Part shown: positions 1 to 10,711 of the stretch, in pieces
How positions within the stretch are numbered: the stretch's first letter is position 1
Layout of the letters: each line of letters opens with the position of its first letter
Origin: Conexibacter sp.
Lineage (GTDB): Bacteria; Actinomycetota; Thermoleophilia; Solirubrobacterales; 70-9
DNA: 64,000 nt
Reading direction: 5' to 3'
NCBI GenBank assembly: GCA_018263295.1
Contig: JADFCZ010000013.1
Location: 3,151 to 67,150, forward strand
The notes under the pieces: model-generated
What the model saw: the letters and a program-made list of their open reading frames with translations, nothing else
Told to the model about the DNA's origin: nothing
Database searches by the model: none
Program-made: the position numbers and the translations under genes

Positions 1-109
1 GGGCGAGGGAGACCTGGGGACCGCGTTCGAACAGAGGCTCCCCCACCCAGAAGCGGCCCCGGCGGGCTACGACGAGCGCCCGCGGGCGCCCGGGATCGAG
101 CTCGGGCAT
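1..109 (-). CDS. 5' end of an unidentified CDS that runs off the left edge (36 codons visible: MPELDPGRPRALVVARRGRFWVGEPLFERGPQVSLA)
   Basis: ATG at 109-107 shares its A with the TGA stop (111-109) of the upstream protease gene. The frame is GC3-rich. It is too short to assign; the N-terminus is only reminiscent of RNase II/R-type proteins. Confidence 0.3.
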   Translation of the reverse strand, partial: MPELDPGRPRALVVARRGRFWVGEPLFERGPQVSLA

Positions 110-1296
110 CAGCTTCCCCGGAGCTCGGCGGCGACCTGGTCGAGGCCGGCGTCGAGCACGTCGTCGCCGTCTCGCGGGTCCTTGTCCTTCACCACTTCGT
201 CGGGCACGACCCCCTTGCCGAGGATCGAGGTGCCGTCGGCGGTCAGGTACTCGCCGACGGTGAGGTCGAGTGCGCCGCCGGTCTCGAGCGGGATCACCTC
301 CTGGAACACGCCCTTGCCGTAGGTCCGGGTCCCGATCACGGTCGCGAGGCCGTTCTCCTTCAGCGCCGCCGTGACGATCTCCGAAGCCGAGGCGGTGTTG
401 CCGTCGACGAGCACGGCGATCGGGCCGATCCCGTCGAGCGGGTCCCCGGTGACCTCGAAGGTCTGCTCGTCGCGGGCCCGGCCCTCGATCGTCAGCACCG
501 GTCCGTCCTCCTGGAAGATCGACTGGACGAGCACCGCCTCGTCGACGAGCCCGCCGCCGTTACCGCGGAGGTCGAAGACGAGTCCCTCCGCCCCCTTCCC
601 GTCGAGCCGCTCGATCTCGCTTCGGAGCTCGCCGTGGGCGCCGCGGGTGAACCCGGCGAGCGCGACGTAGGCGATCTTCTGCCCGTCGACCTCCTCGATC
701 CTCCCGGTCACGGCCGGGACCTTCACGTTGGCGCGCTCGACGTCGACCTTCCGGCGCTCGCCGGTGCGGCCGTCGACGACGGTCAGGTTCACGGTCGTTC
801 CCGGCGGTCCCTTGATCCGCGTGGCGGCGGCATCGGCGGAGACGCCGGCGAGCGACTTGCCGTCGACGCCGACGATCAGGTCGTCGGGGCCGATGTCGGC
901 CTTCTCGGCCGGGGCTCCGTCGAAGACCTGCGCGACGCGAAGCCCCTGCTTCGTCTCGGTGACGGTGACGCCGATGCCGGAGAACTCGCCCGACGAGGAG
1001 GCCTGGAAGCGTCTGTATGTGGCGGGGTCGAAGTAGTGGGAGAACTTGTCGTCGTTCGCCTTGCTGATCTTCTCGACCATCCCGTTGATCGATGCGTTCT
1101 GGAGCTCCTCGGAATCGGTCGGGCGGAAGTAGGAGTCCTCGATGACCTCCTGGGCCTCCTGCTGTCGCGTCTGCTCGCCGGTGTCGGGCAGCAGGTCCTG
1201 CAGCGGCCCGACGAACGCGAGCAACGCGACCGCGACGACGATCCCGGCGAGAGCGCCGAGCACGAAAGCCGGTATGCGACGGGAACGATCGCTCAA
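109..1296 (-). CDS. S41 family C-terminal processing peptidase (Ctp/Prc-like) with an N-terminal membrane anchor and a PDZ domain
   Basis: 395-aa ORF with an N-terminal TM helix (AFVLGALAGIVVAVALLAFVG). PDZ-like segment GIGVTV...GAPAEKADIGPDDLIVGVDG. Catalytic Ser block DGNTASASEI and Lys block TYGKGVFQ. TTG start overlaps the ftsX stop (TTGA). Confidence 0.85.
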   Translation of the reverse strand: MSDRSRRIPAFVLGALAGIVVAVALLAFVGPLQDLLPDTGEQTRQQEAQEVIEDSYFRPTDSEELQNASINGMVEKISKANDDKFSHYFDPATYRRFQASSSGEFSGIGVTVTETKQGLRVAQVFDGAPAEKADIGPDDLIVGVDGKSLAGVSADAAATRIKGPPGTTVNLTVVDGRTGERRKVDVERANVKVPAVTGRIEEVDGQKIAYVALAGFTRGAHGELRSEIERLDGKGAEGLVFDLRGNGGGLVDEAVLVQSIFQEDGPVLTIEGRARDEQTFEVTGDPLDGIGPIAVLVDGNTASASEIVTAALKENGLATVIGTRTYGKGVFQEVIPLETGGALDLTVGEYLTADGTSILGKGVVPDEVVKDKDPRDGDDVLDAGLDQVAAELRGS

Positions 1297-2188
1297 ATGC
1301 GGAGGAAGCGGCGCAGCGTCACTCCGCTGCCGAGCGCCGCGACCACCATCGCGCCCATCACCAGTGCGGCGATCAGGGGTCCGAAGGAGATCGTGTTGAG
1401 GTTCTCGACCAAGGCGAAGTTGTCGGACAGGGGATCCACGATGGTCACCTTGCCGAGAAACAGTATGCCGACCGCGATCAGTGCGCCGAACAGGCCGACC
1501 ACGAGACCCTCGATCACGAACGGCCAGCGGATGAACCAGTTGGTCGCTCCGACGAGCTGCATCACCTCGACCTCGCGGCGGCGGGCGTAGATCGAAAGGC
1601 GGATCGTGTTGCCGACGAGGAACAGCGAGGCGACCGCGAGCAGGACCGCGATGACCGCGAGCAGGATCTTCACCGCGCCGGTGACCTCGCGGATCTGCTG
1701 GGTCTGCTCGCCGGTGACGATCTCGTCGATCGCGGCGCTGATCGGCTGCGGCTTGCCGGTCGAGTCGGGCGGCGAAAGCGCCGTCTGGACCGACTCGAGG
1801 TTGTCGGGGTCGTCGACCTTGACGTTGAAGGCCGGCGGCAGCGGGTTGCTGTTGAGCTGATCGAGCAGGCTCTTGTCCTCGAGGCGGTCCTCGAGGATCT
1901 TCAACGCCTGCGCCGGCGAGACGTACTCGACGTCTTCGACGTGCGGGATCGCGCCGATCTTGTCCTGGAGGTTGGTGATCTCGCCGTTGGTCGCGTCGTC
2001 GAACAGGAAGACCTTGAGCTCGAGCTGGCTGCGTACGTCCTCCGTCTTCGAGCCGCTGGCGTCGAGGACGGGCACGAGCACGCCGATCAGCAGGACGGTG
2101 ACGGCGATCGTCACGATCGCGGCCAGCGACGGCGCGGCGTTGCGGCGGAGGGCCCGGTAGGCCTCGCCGAGGAAGAAGGCGAGGCGGC

Positions 2189-2192
<4 letters not shown>
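1293..2192 (-). CDS. ftsX: Cell division permease FtsX
   Basis: 299 aa with typical FtsX topology: N-terminal TM, a large extracytoplasmic loop and 3 C-terminal TMs. GTG start overlaps the ftsE stop (GTGA). Confidence 0.85.
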
Positions 2193-3052
<860 letters not shown>

Positions 3053-3237
3053 GATCAGAAGGCTCCTTCGTCGGCGCCGCGGACGTTCCTCCGACCGCGG
3101 TCCGTGGGCGGAGCCGTGCATGACGCGTCTTGCGCGAGGGCTTCATCATAAGCAAACGCTCACACAAACCACACAGTTCGCTCGCCCCCTGCACGATCCC
3201 GCCCGGGCGCGGGTGCGCCGCCCCTTACGATCCCGGC

Positions 3238-4263
3238 GTGGTTCACCTGCGAATCGTCGCCCCGAACACGCAGTGCCGCCACGTCATCGACCTGTTGGAG
3301 AACTCCGACTCCGTCTTCAACATCGTTCACCTCGAGAACGTCGCCCGCAAACCCGATGGCGATCTGGTGCTCTGCGACGTCGCGCGTCGCGACGTCAGCC
3401 TGCTCGTCGCCGACCTCCGCGAGCTCAACGTCGACGTCGACGGCTCCATCGCAATCGAGGAGGTCGATGCCGAGATCTCGGCGCTCACCAGCAGCAAGTT
3501 CCGGCGGCGACGCGACGACGTGGGAGCCGACCCGGTCGTCTGGGAGAACGTCTCATCGCGTACCTCTGAGAACGTCGAGCTCTCGCAGAGCTACCTGATC
3601 TTCATGACCGCAGCGATGCTGATCGCGGCGGTCGGCATCTACTTCAACCAGCCGATCTTGATCGTCGGCGCGATGGTCGTCGGCCCGGACTTCGGCCCGA
3701 TCGCCGGCGTCTGCGTCGCGCTCGTCAACCGCAGCCGCCGGCTGGTCCGCCGCTCCGCGACCGCGCTGTTCGTCGGATTCCTCGTCGGAACCGCAGCCAC
3801 GTATGCCGCCACCGTCGTCCTACGCGAGGTCGGCCAGATCCCGTATTCGCTCGACTTCGATTCGCACACACTCGTTCGCTTCATCTCGAACCCGGACTTC
3901 TTCTCCGTCTACGTCGCTCTCCTCGCCGGGGTCGTCGGGATGCTCAGCCTCACAACGGCCAAGTCCAGCGCCCTCGTCGGGGTCCTGATCTCGGTGGCGA
4001 CCGTCCCCGCGGCGGCGAACATCGGCGTCGCGGCGGCCTACACGGACTGGGCGACGGCCTGGGGAGCGACCATCCAGCTGTTCCTCAACCTCACCTCGAT
4101 CTTCGCCGCGGGCCTCGTCACGCTCCTGCTGCAGCGAAGGATCTACATGCGCCGCCGCCTCGATCATCTCGCCGATGACGATGCGCGCTCCGCCGCGGGC
4201 CTCCCGGTCGGAACGAGCCGCCGCCGCCACGTCGACCCCGATCAGGAGCCGGCGGCCGAGTAG
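3238..4263 (+). CDS. DUF389 family integral membrane protein
   Basis: N-terminal soluble domain (VHLRIVAP...NIVHLENV...) followed by several TM helices, as in DUF389/TIGR00341 proteins. GTG at 3238 is the likely start. TACGAT lies 7 nt upstream, so the mRNA may be leaderless. Confidence 0.7.
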   Translation: MVHLRIVAPNTQCRHVIDLLENSDSVFNIVHLENVARKPDGDLVLCDVARRDVSLLVADLRELNVDVDGSIAIEEVDAEISALTSSKFRRRRDDVGADPVVWENVSSRTSENVELSQSYLIFMTAAMLIAAVGIYFNQPILIVGAMVVGPDFGPIAGVCVALVNRSRRLVRRSATALFVGFLVGTAATYAATVVLREVGQIPYSLDFDSHTLVRFISNPDFFSVYVALLAGVVGMLSLTTAKSSALVGVLISVATVPAAANIGVAAAYTDWATAWGATIQLFLNLTSIFAAGLVTLLLQRRIYMRRRLDHLADDDARSAAGLPVGTSRRRHVDPDQEPAAE

Positions 4264-4303
4264 AGGCGGGCCGGCACGGAGCGCCGGGGGTCGGCGGCGC
4301 ACT

Positions 4304-4342
4304 GATCGGGATTCGGGTTGGTATGCAACCTCGATCCCGATC
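4304..4342 (+). terminator. Interrupted hairpin GATCGGGAT-TCG-GGTTG-gtatg-CAACC-TCG-ATCCCGATC
   Basis: 9-bp plus 5-bp inverted repeats read directly from the sequence, 40 nt after the DUF389 stop. It buries the first ATG (4323) of the next ORF. Confidence 0.35.
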
Positions 4343-5228
4343 AATGGCTGCGATCGCGACGCTCGCAGGCCGCCAGCACGGCGTCGTCGCACGGTCCCAG
4401 CTCGCCGAGGCCGGACTGAGCCCTCAGCGAATCAAGACGCTGGTGGGCCGCGGCCACCTCCACCCGATCCACCGCGGCGTCTTCGCTGTCGGACACCCAC
4501 GCCTTTCGCAGGAGGCCCGATGGCTCGCCGCCGTGCTCGCCTGCGGTCCCGGCGCCGTCCTCAGCCACGGGCCCGCGGGCCAGCTCCTCGGCATCCTCGA
4601 CCGCAGGCAGCGTTTCGCCTTGCACGTGTCCGTGACGGCCGACCGTTCCCCGGCCGGCATCGTCACCCACCGCCCGCGCTCGCTTCCCTCCGCCGACACC
4701 ACCCACAAGCTCGGCATCCCGGTGACCACCGGCACCCGAACCGTCTGGGACCTGGCCGCAACCCTCCCCTCACTGCAGACGCGTCGCGCCTTCGAGCAGG
4801 CGGAGAAGCTGCGGCTCCTGAACCGCGATCGCCTCGCCACCCTGCTTGCGGCCCACCCCAGCCACCGCGGCGCGGCCACCCTCCGCAAGCTCCTGGCCGA
4901 ACGCGCCCTGCCGCTCGAGGCGACCCGTTCCCGGCTCGAGGAGATCGCGCTCGAGACGTGCCGCGACCATGCTCTTCCGATCCCGGCCGTGAACGTGCCG
5001 CTGCTCGGCTACGAGGTCGACCTGCTGTGGGAATCGGCCCGCTTCGTCGCCGAGGCCGACGGGGGCGATCACCTGGCGCGCGAGCAACGCGACGACGACA
5101 ACGAGCGCGACGCCGTCCTCGCCCGCGCGGGCTACTTCGTCCGCCGCTTCTCCTGGAACGCCCTCGCCGACCGACGCGCTGTGGCGAACGAGCTCGCGGA
5201 CATCATCCGTGAGCGAAGCCACTCCTGA
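4323..5228 (+). CDS. DUF559 / endonuclease-like protein with an AbiEi_4-type N-terminal winged-helix domain
   Basis: N-terminus LAGRQHGVVARSQL...GLS...I..LV..G.L..IHRGVFAVG and a C-terminal DUF559-like block (EADGGDHL...RDDDNERDAVLARAGYFVRRFSW). The start may instead be the ATG at 4344, just after the hairpin. Confidence 0.6.
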   Translation: MQPRSRSMAAIATLAGRQHGVVARSQLAEAGLSPQRIKTLVGRGHLHPIHRGVFAVGHPRLSQEARWLAAVLACGPGAVLSHGPAGQLLGILDRRQRFALHVSVTADRSPAGIVTHRPRSLPSADTTHKLGIPVTTGTRTVWDLAATLPSLQTRRAFEQAEKLRLLNRDRLATLLAAHPSHRGAATLRKLLAERALPLEATRSRLEEIALETCRDHALPIPAVNVPLLGYEVDLLWESARFVAEADGGDHLAREQRDDDNERDAVLARAGYFVRRFSWNALADRRAVANELADIIRERSHS

Positions 5229-5237
5229 CGAGGCCCG

Positions 5238-6284
5238 TCAGCCGATTGCGACCATGCGCTCGATCGGGACCTTCGCCTTCTCGGCGATCTCCGGCGGCAC
5301 CTTGACCTCGCCGGTCATGTCGCGGAGGCAGTCGCGCAGCTTCGGCAGCGTGATCATCTTCATGTAGCGGCAGAAGGCCATGCGGTTGGCGGCGATCAGG
5401 TCGGCGCCGGGGGCCGCCTGCTCGAGCGGGTAGAGCATCCCGGTCTCGGTGGCGACGATGTAGGAGCCGCTCGGGTTCTGCTCGACGTGCTGGAGCATCC
5501 CCGAGGTCGAGAGCATGTGGACGCCCTCGCCGGAGATGTCGCCGGCGGCGACGTACTCCATGGCCTGCGTCGAGCACCCGCACTCGGGGTGGATCAGGAA
5601 CTCCGCCCCGGGGTGCTCGGCGCGCATCGCGGTGATGTCGTCCGGCCGGATCCCGGCGTGGACGTGACATTCGCCGTCCCAGATGTGGAAGCGGGCGCGG
5701 CGCTCGGGATCGTCGCGGACGCCGGTCTCCCGCTCGACGAAGGAGCCGAGCCACATGTCGGGGCCGAACAGGATCTCGGTCTCGGGGCCGTGCTCCTGCC
5801 AGATGTGGTCGACGACGTCGATCGCGTTCGAGGACGTGCAGCAGTAGTCGGTCTCGGCCTTCACCTCGGCCGAGGTGTTGACGTACATCACGACGACGGC
5901 ACCGGGATGCTCGGCCTTCCAGGCTCGGAGCTGGTCGGCGGTGATCGAGTCGGCGAGCGAGCAGCCCGCGTGGAGATCCGGGATCAGCACGGTCTTCTCC
6001 GGCGAGAGAACCGAGGCGGTCTCGGCCATGAAGTGGACGCCGCAGAAGGCGATCACCTGCGACTCGGTCGCCGCGGCGGCCCGGGACAACCCGAGCGAGT
6101 CGCCGACGAAGTCGGCCACGTCCTGCAGTTCGGGCAGCTCGTAGTTGTGGGCGAGGATGACCGCGTCGCGGGCGGCCGCGAGCTCCTTCACCTCTGCGCT
6201 CAGCTCGGCGATCTCCGCGGGCGTCAGGCCGCCGCTCGAAGCGGGGAGATCCGAGGTGGTCTGGACTGTCGGGAGTTCCTGCAT
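5238..6284 (-). CDS. nadA: Quinolinate synthase NadA
   Basis: 348 aa with NadA blocks ILAHNY, GVHFMAETA, LIPD..AGCSLADS, HPECG. GGGAGG Shine-Dalgarno sequence upstream of the ATG. Confidence 0.9.
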   Translation of the reverse strand: MQELPTVQTTSDLPASSGGLTPAEIAELSAEVKELAAARDAVILAHNYELPELQDVADFVGDSLGLSRAAAATESQVIAFCGVHFMAETASVLSPEKTVLIPDLHAGCSLADSITADQLRAWKAEHPGAVVVMYVNTSAEVKAETDYCCTSSNAIDVVDHIWQEHGPETEILFGPDMWLGSFVERETGVRDDPERRARFHIWDGECHVHAGIRPDDITAMRAEHPGAEFLIHPECGCSTQAMEYVAAGDISGEGVHMLSTSGMLQHVEQNPSGSYIVATETGMLYPLEQAAPGADLIAANRMAFCRYMKMITLPKLRDCLRDMTGEVKVPPEIAEKAKVPIERMVAIG

Positions 6285-6379
6285 CGGTGCCTCCCACCCA
6301 TCTGGGCGGTTCGTCCTTGATGTTCGCGGGCCGTCACCGGGAAACCGACGGGACGGATGGGCGAATGACTGCGTTCAGT

Positions 6380-8971
6380 CTACCGCCGCGGCGTTTCCGG
6401 CTCGGCCCGGCGGATCGTCTCGCAGCCCTGCGCCTGCTCGCCCCGGTCGAGGGTCGCCGTGTCGCGGCCCTCGCCGCATTTGACGAGGTCGCGGATCCCG
6501 TCGACCGCGTCGATCCGGTCGCGGCCGTCGCCGCCGACGATGCGGTCGTAGGAGGTCCCGCCGGTGATCGCGTCGGAGCCGGGTCCACCGATCAGCCGGT
6601 CGGCTCCGTCGCCGCCGTCGAGCCGGTCCGCCGCGACGTTGCCCTCGAGCCGGTCGCTCCCGGGCCCGCCGGTCAGCTCGTCCTTGGCGCTGCCGCCCTC
6701 GAGCCGGTCGTTGCCGTCGCCGCCGTCGAGACAGTCGGGCGAGTTGAAGCCCTTGGCTACGTCGTTGCCGGCCTCGGCGACGATCGCGTCGCTGCCGAGG
6801 CTGCCGAAGAGCTCGTCGTCGCCGGAGCTGCCGAAGTAGATGCGGGAGCACTTGCCGCTGCCGGGCAGCTGCGCGACCTCGCAGCCGACGACGACGTCGC
6901 CGGGGTCGGCATCGACGCGGTCGTCGCCTGGGCCGCAGTCGACCCGGTCGATCGCGCCGTCGGTCGCGTCGATCCGGTCGTCGCCCTCGCCGCCGCCGAT
7001 GCAATCGGGAGCCGCGAGGCCGTCGATCACGTCGTCGCCGGCGCCGGCCTCGATCGCGTCCTCGCCCGAGGTGCCGGTGAGCGTGTCGTCGCCCCCGGTT
7101 CCGAGCTCGAGGTTGGTGCAGTGGTCGCGGTCGAGGGTGATGGTCTCGCAGCCCGCGAACGAGTCGACCGCATCCGCGAGGACATCGTCGTCGCCCGCGC
7201 CGCAGTCGAGCCCGTCGGCCTCGCCGTCGGCGGCGTCGATCGAGTCGCTGCCGGGTCCGCCCGAGATCGCGTCGGCGCCGGAGCCGCCGTCGAGGCAGTC
7301 GTCTGCCTCGAGCCCGAGCAGGGTGTCGCCGCCGCCGAGGCCGGAGAGGTCATCGCCGCCGATCGTCCCGGTGAGGGTCTCCCCCGCCCCGGAGCCGCTC
7401 TGCGGGTTCGAGCAGGCGGCGAGCGTGACCTCACACGAGGTGACGTCGTCGACCGGGTCGGCGTCGACGGCGTCCGCGCCGGGCCCGCAGTCGACGGTGT
7501 CGGTCTGCCCGTCGGCCGCGTAGACCATGTCGGGGTCGGTGCCGCCCTCGATCTCGTCCGTCCCCGAGCCGCCGACGAGCGTGTCGGTGCCGGTGTCCCC
7601 CTGCAGGCAATCGGCGCCGCCGGCACCGTCGAGGCCATCGTTGCCGCCGAGCCCGAGCAGCTCCTCGTCGAGCGCGGATCCGGTGATCGCGTCGGGCCCG
7701 GCCGTCCCGGTGAGGCGGCGGGCGCAGGACGCGCGGTCGAGGTCGACGGTTTCGCAGTTGGAGATCGAATCGATCGTGTCGGCGAGCGCATAGTCGCTCC
7801 CGGTACCGCAGTCGACGGTGTCGGCTTCGGTGTCGCGGGCGCCGACGATGTCGGCATCGGCGCCGCCGAGGATCGTGTCCGTGCCCGTGCCGCCGCTGAG
7901 GACGTCGCTGCCGTCGCCGCCGTTGACGGTGTCGGCGCCGCCCTCGCCATCGGCGCAGTCGGCGCCGGCGATCGCCAGCACGGCATCGGGGCCGTCGCCG
8001 GCCGTGATGTCGTCGCCGCCGGGGGTGCCGTTGATCGTCTCTCCCACGGCGGTGCCGGCGATCGGGTTCGAGCAGGGCGTGGCGCCGAGCTTGATCTCGC
8101 AGTTGGTCAGCTTGTCGGTCGCGTCGGCCTGGACGGTGTCGGTGCCGGTGCCGCAATCGATCGTGTCGACCTCGCCGTCGAGGGCCGCGGCCATGTCGTC
8201 GCCATCGCCGCCGAGCACCGAGTCCTTGCCCGCCCCGGGGTCGATCGCATCCTCTCCGGCCTCGCCCTCGATGTTGTCGATGCCGTCCTCGCCGAAGAGG
8301 TGGTCGTCCTCGGTTCCTCCCCAGATCCGGTCGTTGGCGGGTCCGCCGTGGACCTCGTCGTCGCCGGGATCTCCGTAGAGGGCGTCCTCGTCGTTGCCGC
8401 CCCAGATCGTGTCGGGACCCTCCTGGCCGTGGACGTCGTCGGTGCCGGCATCGCCGAAGAGCACGTCGGCGCCCGATCCGTCGCCGCCGAAGAGCTTGTC
8501 GGGGCTGTCGCCGCCGTGGAGCTCGTCGTCGTCCTCCATCCCGTTCAGGTAGTCGACGCCGGCGGCCGCGTCGAGGTAGTCGTTGCCGCTGCCGCCGTAG
8601 AGGCTGTCGCCGCCGTCGCGGCCGTAGACGCGGTCCTCGGCGCCGTCGCCGATCGCGAAGTCGTTGGCCGCGCCGCCGTCGAGGTAGTCCTCGTCGTTGC
8701 CGCCGCGGAGGCTGTCGCCGGCGTCGCCTCCGTAGATGCAGTCGTAGCCGTCGTTACCGCGGAGGTTGTCGTCGGATCCGAGGCCGAGGACGCGCTCGTT
8801 CAGGAACGTGCCCTCGAAGTCGTCGTGGGCGTCGCTCAGCGAGACGAGGACGTTGCACTGCGTCGGCGGGTCCGGCGGCAACGCCGACGCCGACGCCGCG
8901 CACCAGGGTACGGCGATGAAAGCGGCCGCGCAGAGCCCGGCGAGCCGGCGCATGGTGACGGATGCGCTCAT
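6380..8971 (-). CDS. Secreted calcium-binding protein with RTX-like (GGxGxD) beta-roll repeats in six Cys-containing modules
   Basis: Signal peptide MRRLAGLCAAAFIAVPWCAASASA. Dozens of GGxGxDxL/I nonapeptide-like repeats. Six modules each end in VDCGxGxD...D....CE. The start may be the second ATG at 8953. Confidence 0.75.
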   Translation of the reverse strand: MSASVTMRRLAGLCAAAFIAVPWCAASASALPPDPPTQCNVLVSLSDAHDDFEGTFLNERVLGLGSDDNLRGNDGYDCIYGGDAGDSLRGGNDEDYLDGGAANDFAIGDGAEDRVYGRDGGDSLYGGSGNDYLDAAAGVDYLNGMEDDDELHGGDSPDKLFGGDGSGADVLFGDAGTDDVHGQEGPDTIWGGNDEDALYGDPGDDEVHGGPANDRIWGGTEDDHLFGEDGIDNIEGEAGEDAIDPGAGKDSVLGGDGDDMAAALDGEVDTIDCGTGTDTVQADATDKLTNCEIKLGATPCSNPIAGTAVGETINGTPGGDDITAGDGPDAVLAIAGADCADGEGGADTVNGGDGSDVLSGGTGTDTILGGADADIVGARDTEADTVDCGTGSDYALADTIDSISNCETVDLDRASCARRLTGTAGPDAITGSALDEELLGLGGNDGLDGAGGADCLQGDTGTDTLVGGSGTDEIEGGTDPDMVYAADGQTDTVDCGPGADAVDADPVDDVTSCEVTLAACSNPQSGSGAGETLTGTIGGDDLSGLGGGDTLLGLEADDCLDGGSGADAISGGPGSDSIDAADGEADGLDCGAGDDDVLADAVDSFAGCETITLDRDHCTNLELGTGGDDTLTGTSGEDAIEAGAGDDVIDGLAAPDCIGGGEGDDRIDATDGAIDRVDCGPGDDRVDADPGDVVVGCEVAQLPGSGKCSRIYFGSSGDDELFGSLGSDAIVAEAGNDVAKGFNSPDCLDGGDGNDRLEGGSAKDELTGGPGSDRLEGNVAADRLDGGDGADRLIGGPGSDAITGGTSYDRIVGGDGRDRIDAVDGIRDLVKCGEGRDTATLDRGEQAQGCETIRRAEPETPRR

Positions 8972-8986
8972 CTACGCTGCGCTCCA

Positions 8987-9850
8987 GTGCCGGAGCTGCC
9001 CGAGGTCGAGATCGCCGTCCGCCGCATCGAGGGGATGCTGAAGGGCGCGGAGGTCGAATCTGCGCTGGCGCCGGGCATGGTCGCCCTGAAGAGCGTCAAG
9101 CCGCCGCTCGACGCCATCGTGGGCGCCGAGATCGCCGGCGTGCGCCGGGTCGGCAAGATGCCGGTGGTCGAGTTCGCGCCGACGAAGGGATCCGGCGAGC
9201 TGGTTCTGCTCATCCACCTGATGTCGGCGGGGCGGCTCCAGGTCTTCAATGAGAAGGCTTCCTTGCGCGACCGCCGCTCCCGCGTTTTGATCCGGATCGC
9301 CGACGGGCGCGAGCTCCGCCTCCGCGAGTTCGGCACCAAGCAGCGCGCCTGGGCGAAGCTGATGGACGCGAGCGAGCTCGACGGCGACGAGATGGTCGCC
9401 ACCCTCGGGCCCGAGGCCTGGCCGGCCCCCAGCATCGAGGAGGTCGCCCGGATCGTCGATCAGCCCCGCTACCTCCACACCCTGCTCCGCGATCAACGCA
9501 CGATCGCCGGCATCGGCCGCTCCTGGGTCGACGAGATCCTCTGGGAAGCCCACCTCTCTCCCTTCGTCAAGGGGGCCGACCTCGACGACGAGCAGATCGG
9601 CCGCCTCCACGACTCGCTCTCGGTGCTCGGCCGCGCGATCGACCATTACGAGGAGGTCGTCGGCGACGCGATTCCGGACAAGATGCCCATCCCCCTGCAG
9701 GTTCACCGCCACGAGGGCGAGCCCTGCCCCCGCTGCGGCGACACGATCGCCGCGATCCACTACGCCGAGCGCATCACCTGCTACTGCCCGAGAGAGCAGA
9801 CGGGCGGCAGGATCCTCGCCGACCGCCGGCTGTCGAAGCTCCTGAAGTAG
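8987..9850 (+). CDS. Formamidopyrimidine-DNA glycosylase / endonuclease VIII family (Fpg/Nei) DNA glycosylase
   Basis: GTG start followed by PELPEVE (catalytic N-terminal Pro-Glu), an H2TH region (RDQRTIAGIGRSWVDEILW) and a C-terminal zinc finger CPRCG...CYCPREQ. Only the last 287 codons of track ORF 6287..9850 are real. Confidence 0.85.
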   Translation: MPELPEVEIAVRRIEGMLKGAEVESALAPGMVALKSVKPPLDAIVGAEIAGVRRVGKMPVVEFAPTKGSGELVLLIHLMSAGRLQVFNEKASLRDRRSRVLIRIADGRELRLREFGTKQRAWAKLMDASELDGDEMVATLGPEAWPAPSIEEVARIVDQPRYLHTLLRDQRTIAGIGRSWVDEILWEAHLSPFVKGADLDDEQIGRLHDSLSVLGRAIDHYEEVVGDAIPDKMPIPLQVHRHEGEPCPRCGDTIAAIHYAERITCYCPREQTGGRILADRRLSKLLK

Positions 9851-9859
9851 TCGTCCGGC

Positions 9860-10711
9860 TCAGGCCTCGAGCAGCATCGACAGGTCGAGCACCGGCGCCG
9901 AGTGGGTGAGCGCGCCGACCGAGATGAAGTCGACTCCGGTCGCGGAGATCGCGCCGACCGTCTCCAGCGAGACGCCGCCGGAGGCCTCGAGGGTGACCGG
10001 CGAGCTGCCGGAGGCGTCGCGGGCGGCGACGGCGGCGCGGAGCCCGTCGAGGTCCATGTTGTCGAGGAGCAGACGCGAGGCACCGGTGGCGAGGGCGGCC
10101 TCCACCTCGCCGGCGTTGCGGCACTCGACCTCGACCGGGATGTCGGGATGGGCGGCGCGGGCGCTCTCGACGGCGGCGGTGAGCCCACCGGCGAGGGCGA
10201 TGTGGTTCTCCTTGATGAGGATCGCGTCGTAGAGGCCCATCCGGTGGTTCTGCCCGCCGCCGGCGCGGACGGCGGCCTTCTCGAGGGAGCGGAGGAGCGG
10301 CGTCGTCTTGCGGGTGTCGAGAATCACGGCGCGGCCGCCTTCGGCCCGAGAGGACTCGACGAAGCGGGCGGTCAGCGTGGCGATGCCGGAGAGGTGGCCG
10401 AGGAGGTTGAGCGCCACGCGCTCGGCGGCGAGGAGGGCGCGGGCGGGCCCGGCGACCAGGGCGACCTGGCGCGGCATCGCCTCCGACCACGTCCCTTCGA
10501 CGACGAGCTTGTCGAGGTCGCCGGCGCCGGTCAGCCGGAAGGCCTCCGCGGCGGCGTCGAGGCCGAAGACGACACCCGGCTGCTTCTGGACGATCTTGGC
10601 GCGGCCCCGGGCGTCGGCGGGAACGGTCGCGTCGGTGGTGATGTCGCCGTCGCCGAGGTCCTCCGCCAGCGCCTTCGCGACCAGTTCGGTCACGGCGGCG
10701 TCGACGCTCAC
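9860..10711 (-). CDS. nadC: Nicotinate-nucleotide pyrophosphorylase (quinolinate phosphoribosyltransferase) NadC
   Basis: 283 aa with typical NadC blocks ([36 protein letters not shown]). GTG start at 10711 overlaps the prfB stop (GTGA). Confidence 0.9.
   Translation of the reverse strand: MSVDAAVTELVAKALAEDLGDGDITTDATVPADARGRAKIVQKQPGVVFGLDAAAEAFRLTGAGDLDKLVVEGTWSEAMPRQVALVAGPARALLAAERVALNLLGHLSGIATLTARFVESSRAEGGRAVILDTRKTTPLLRSLEKAAVRAGGGQNHRMGLYDAILIKENHIALAGGLTAAVESARAAHPDIPVEVECRNAGEVEAALATGASRLLLDNMDLDGLRAAVAARDASGSSPVTLEASGGVSLETVGAISATGVDFISVGALTHSAPVLDLSMLLEA

Noticed and set aside
6285-6379. NAD+ (nadA-motif) riboswitch or NrtR/NiaR site upstream of nadA
   Set aside because: Only a short hairpin (CCGCCCA/UGGGUGG) overlaps the SD. 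I could not match the tandem-domain nadA motif from memory, and there is no palindromic operator.
6380-8971. CRISPR-like or tandem-repeat DNA because of ~290-bp periodicity
   Set aside because: The periodicity is at the protein-module level inside one continuous ORF. The repeats are diverged at the DNA level and have no spacer/repeat architecture.
6287-8986. N-terminal ~900 aa of the 1187-aa ORF 6287..9850
   Set aside because: It is antisense to the RTX-like gene, and its repetitive Ala/Val/Gly/Asp sequence mirrors the GGxGxD repeats. Only the last 287 codons, from GTG 8987 (PELPEVE...), form a real Fpg/Nei gene.
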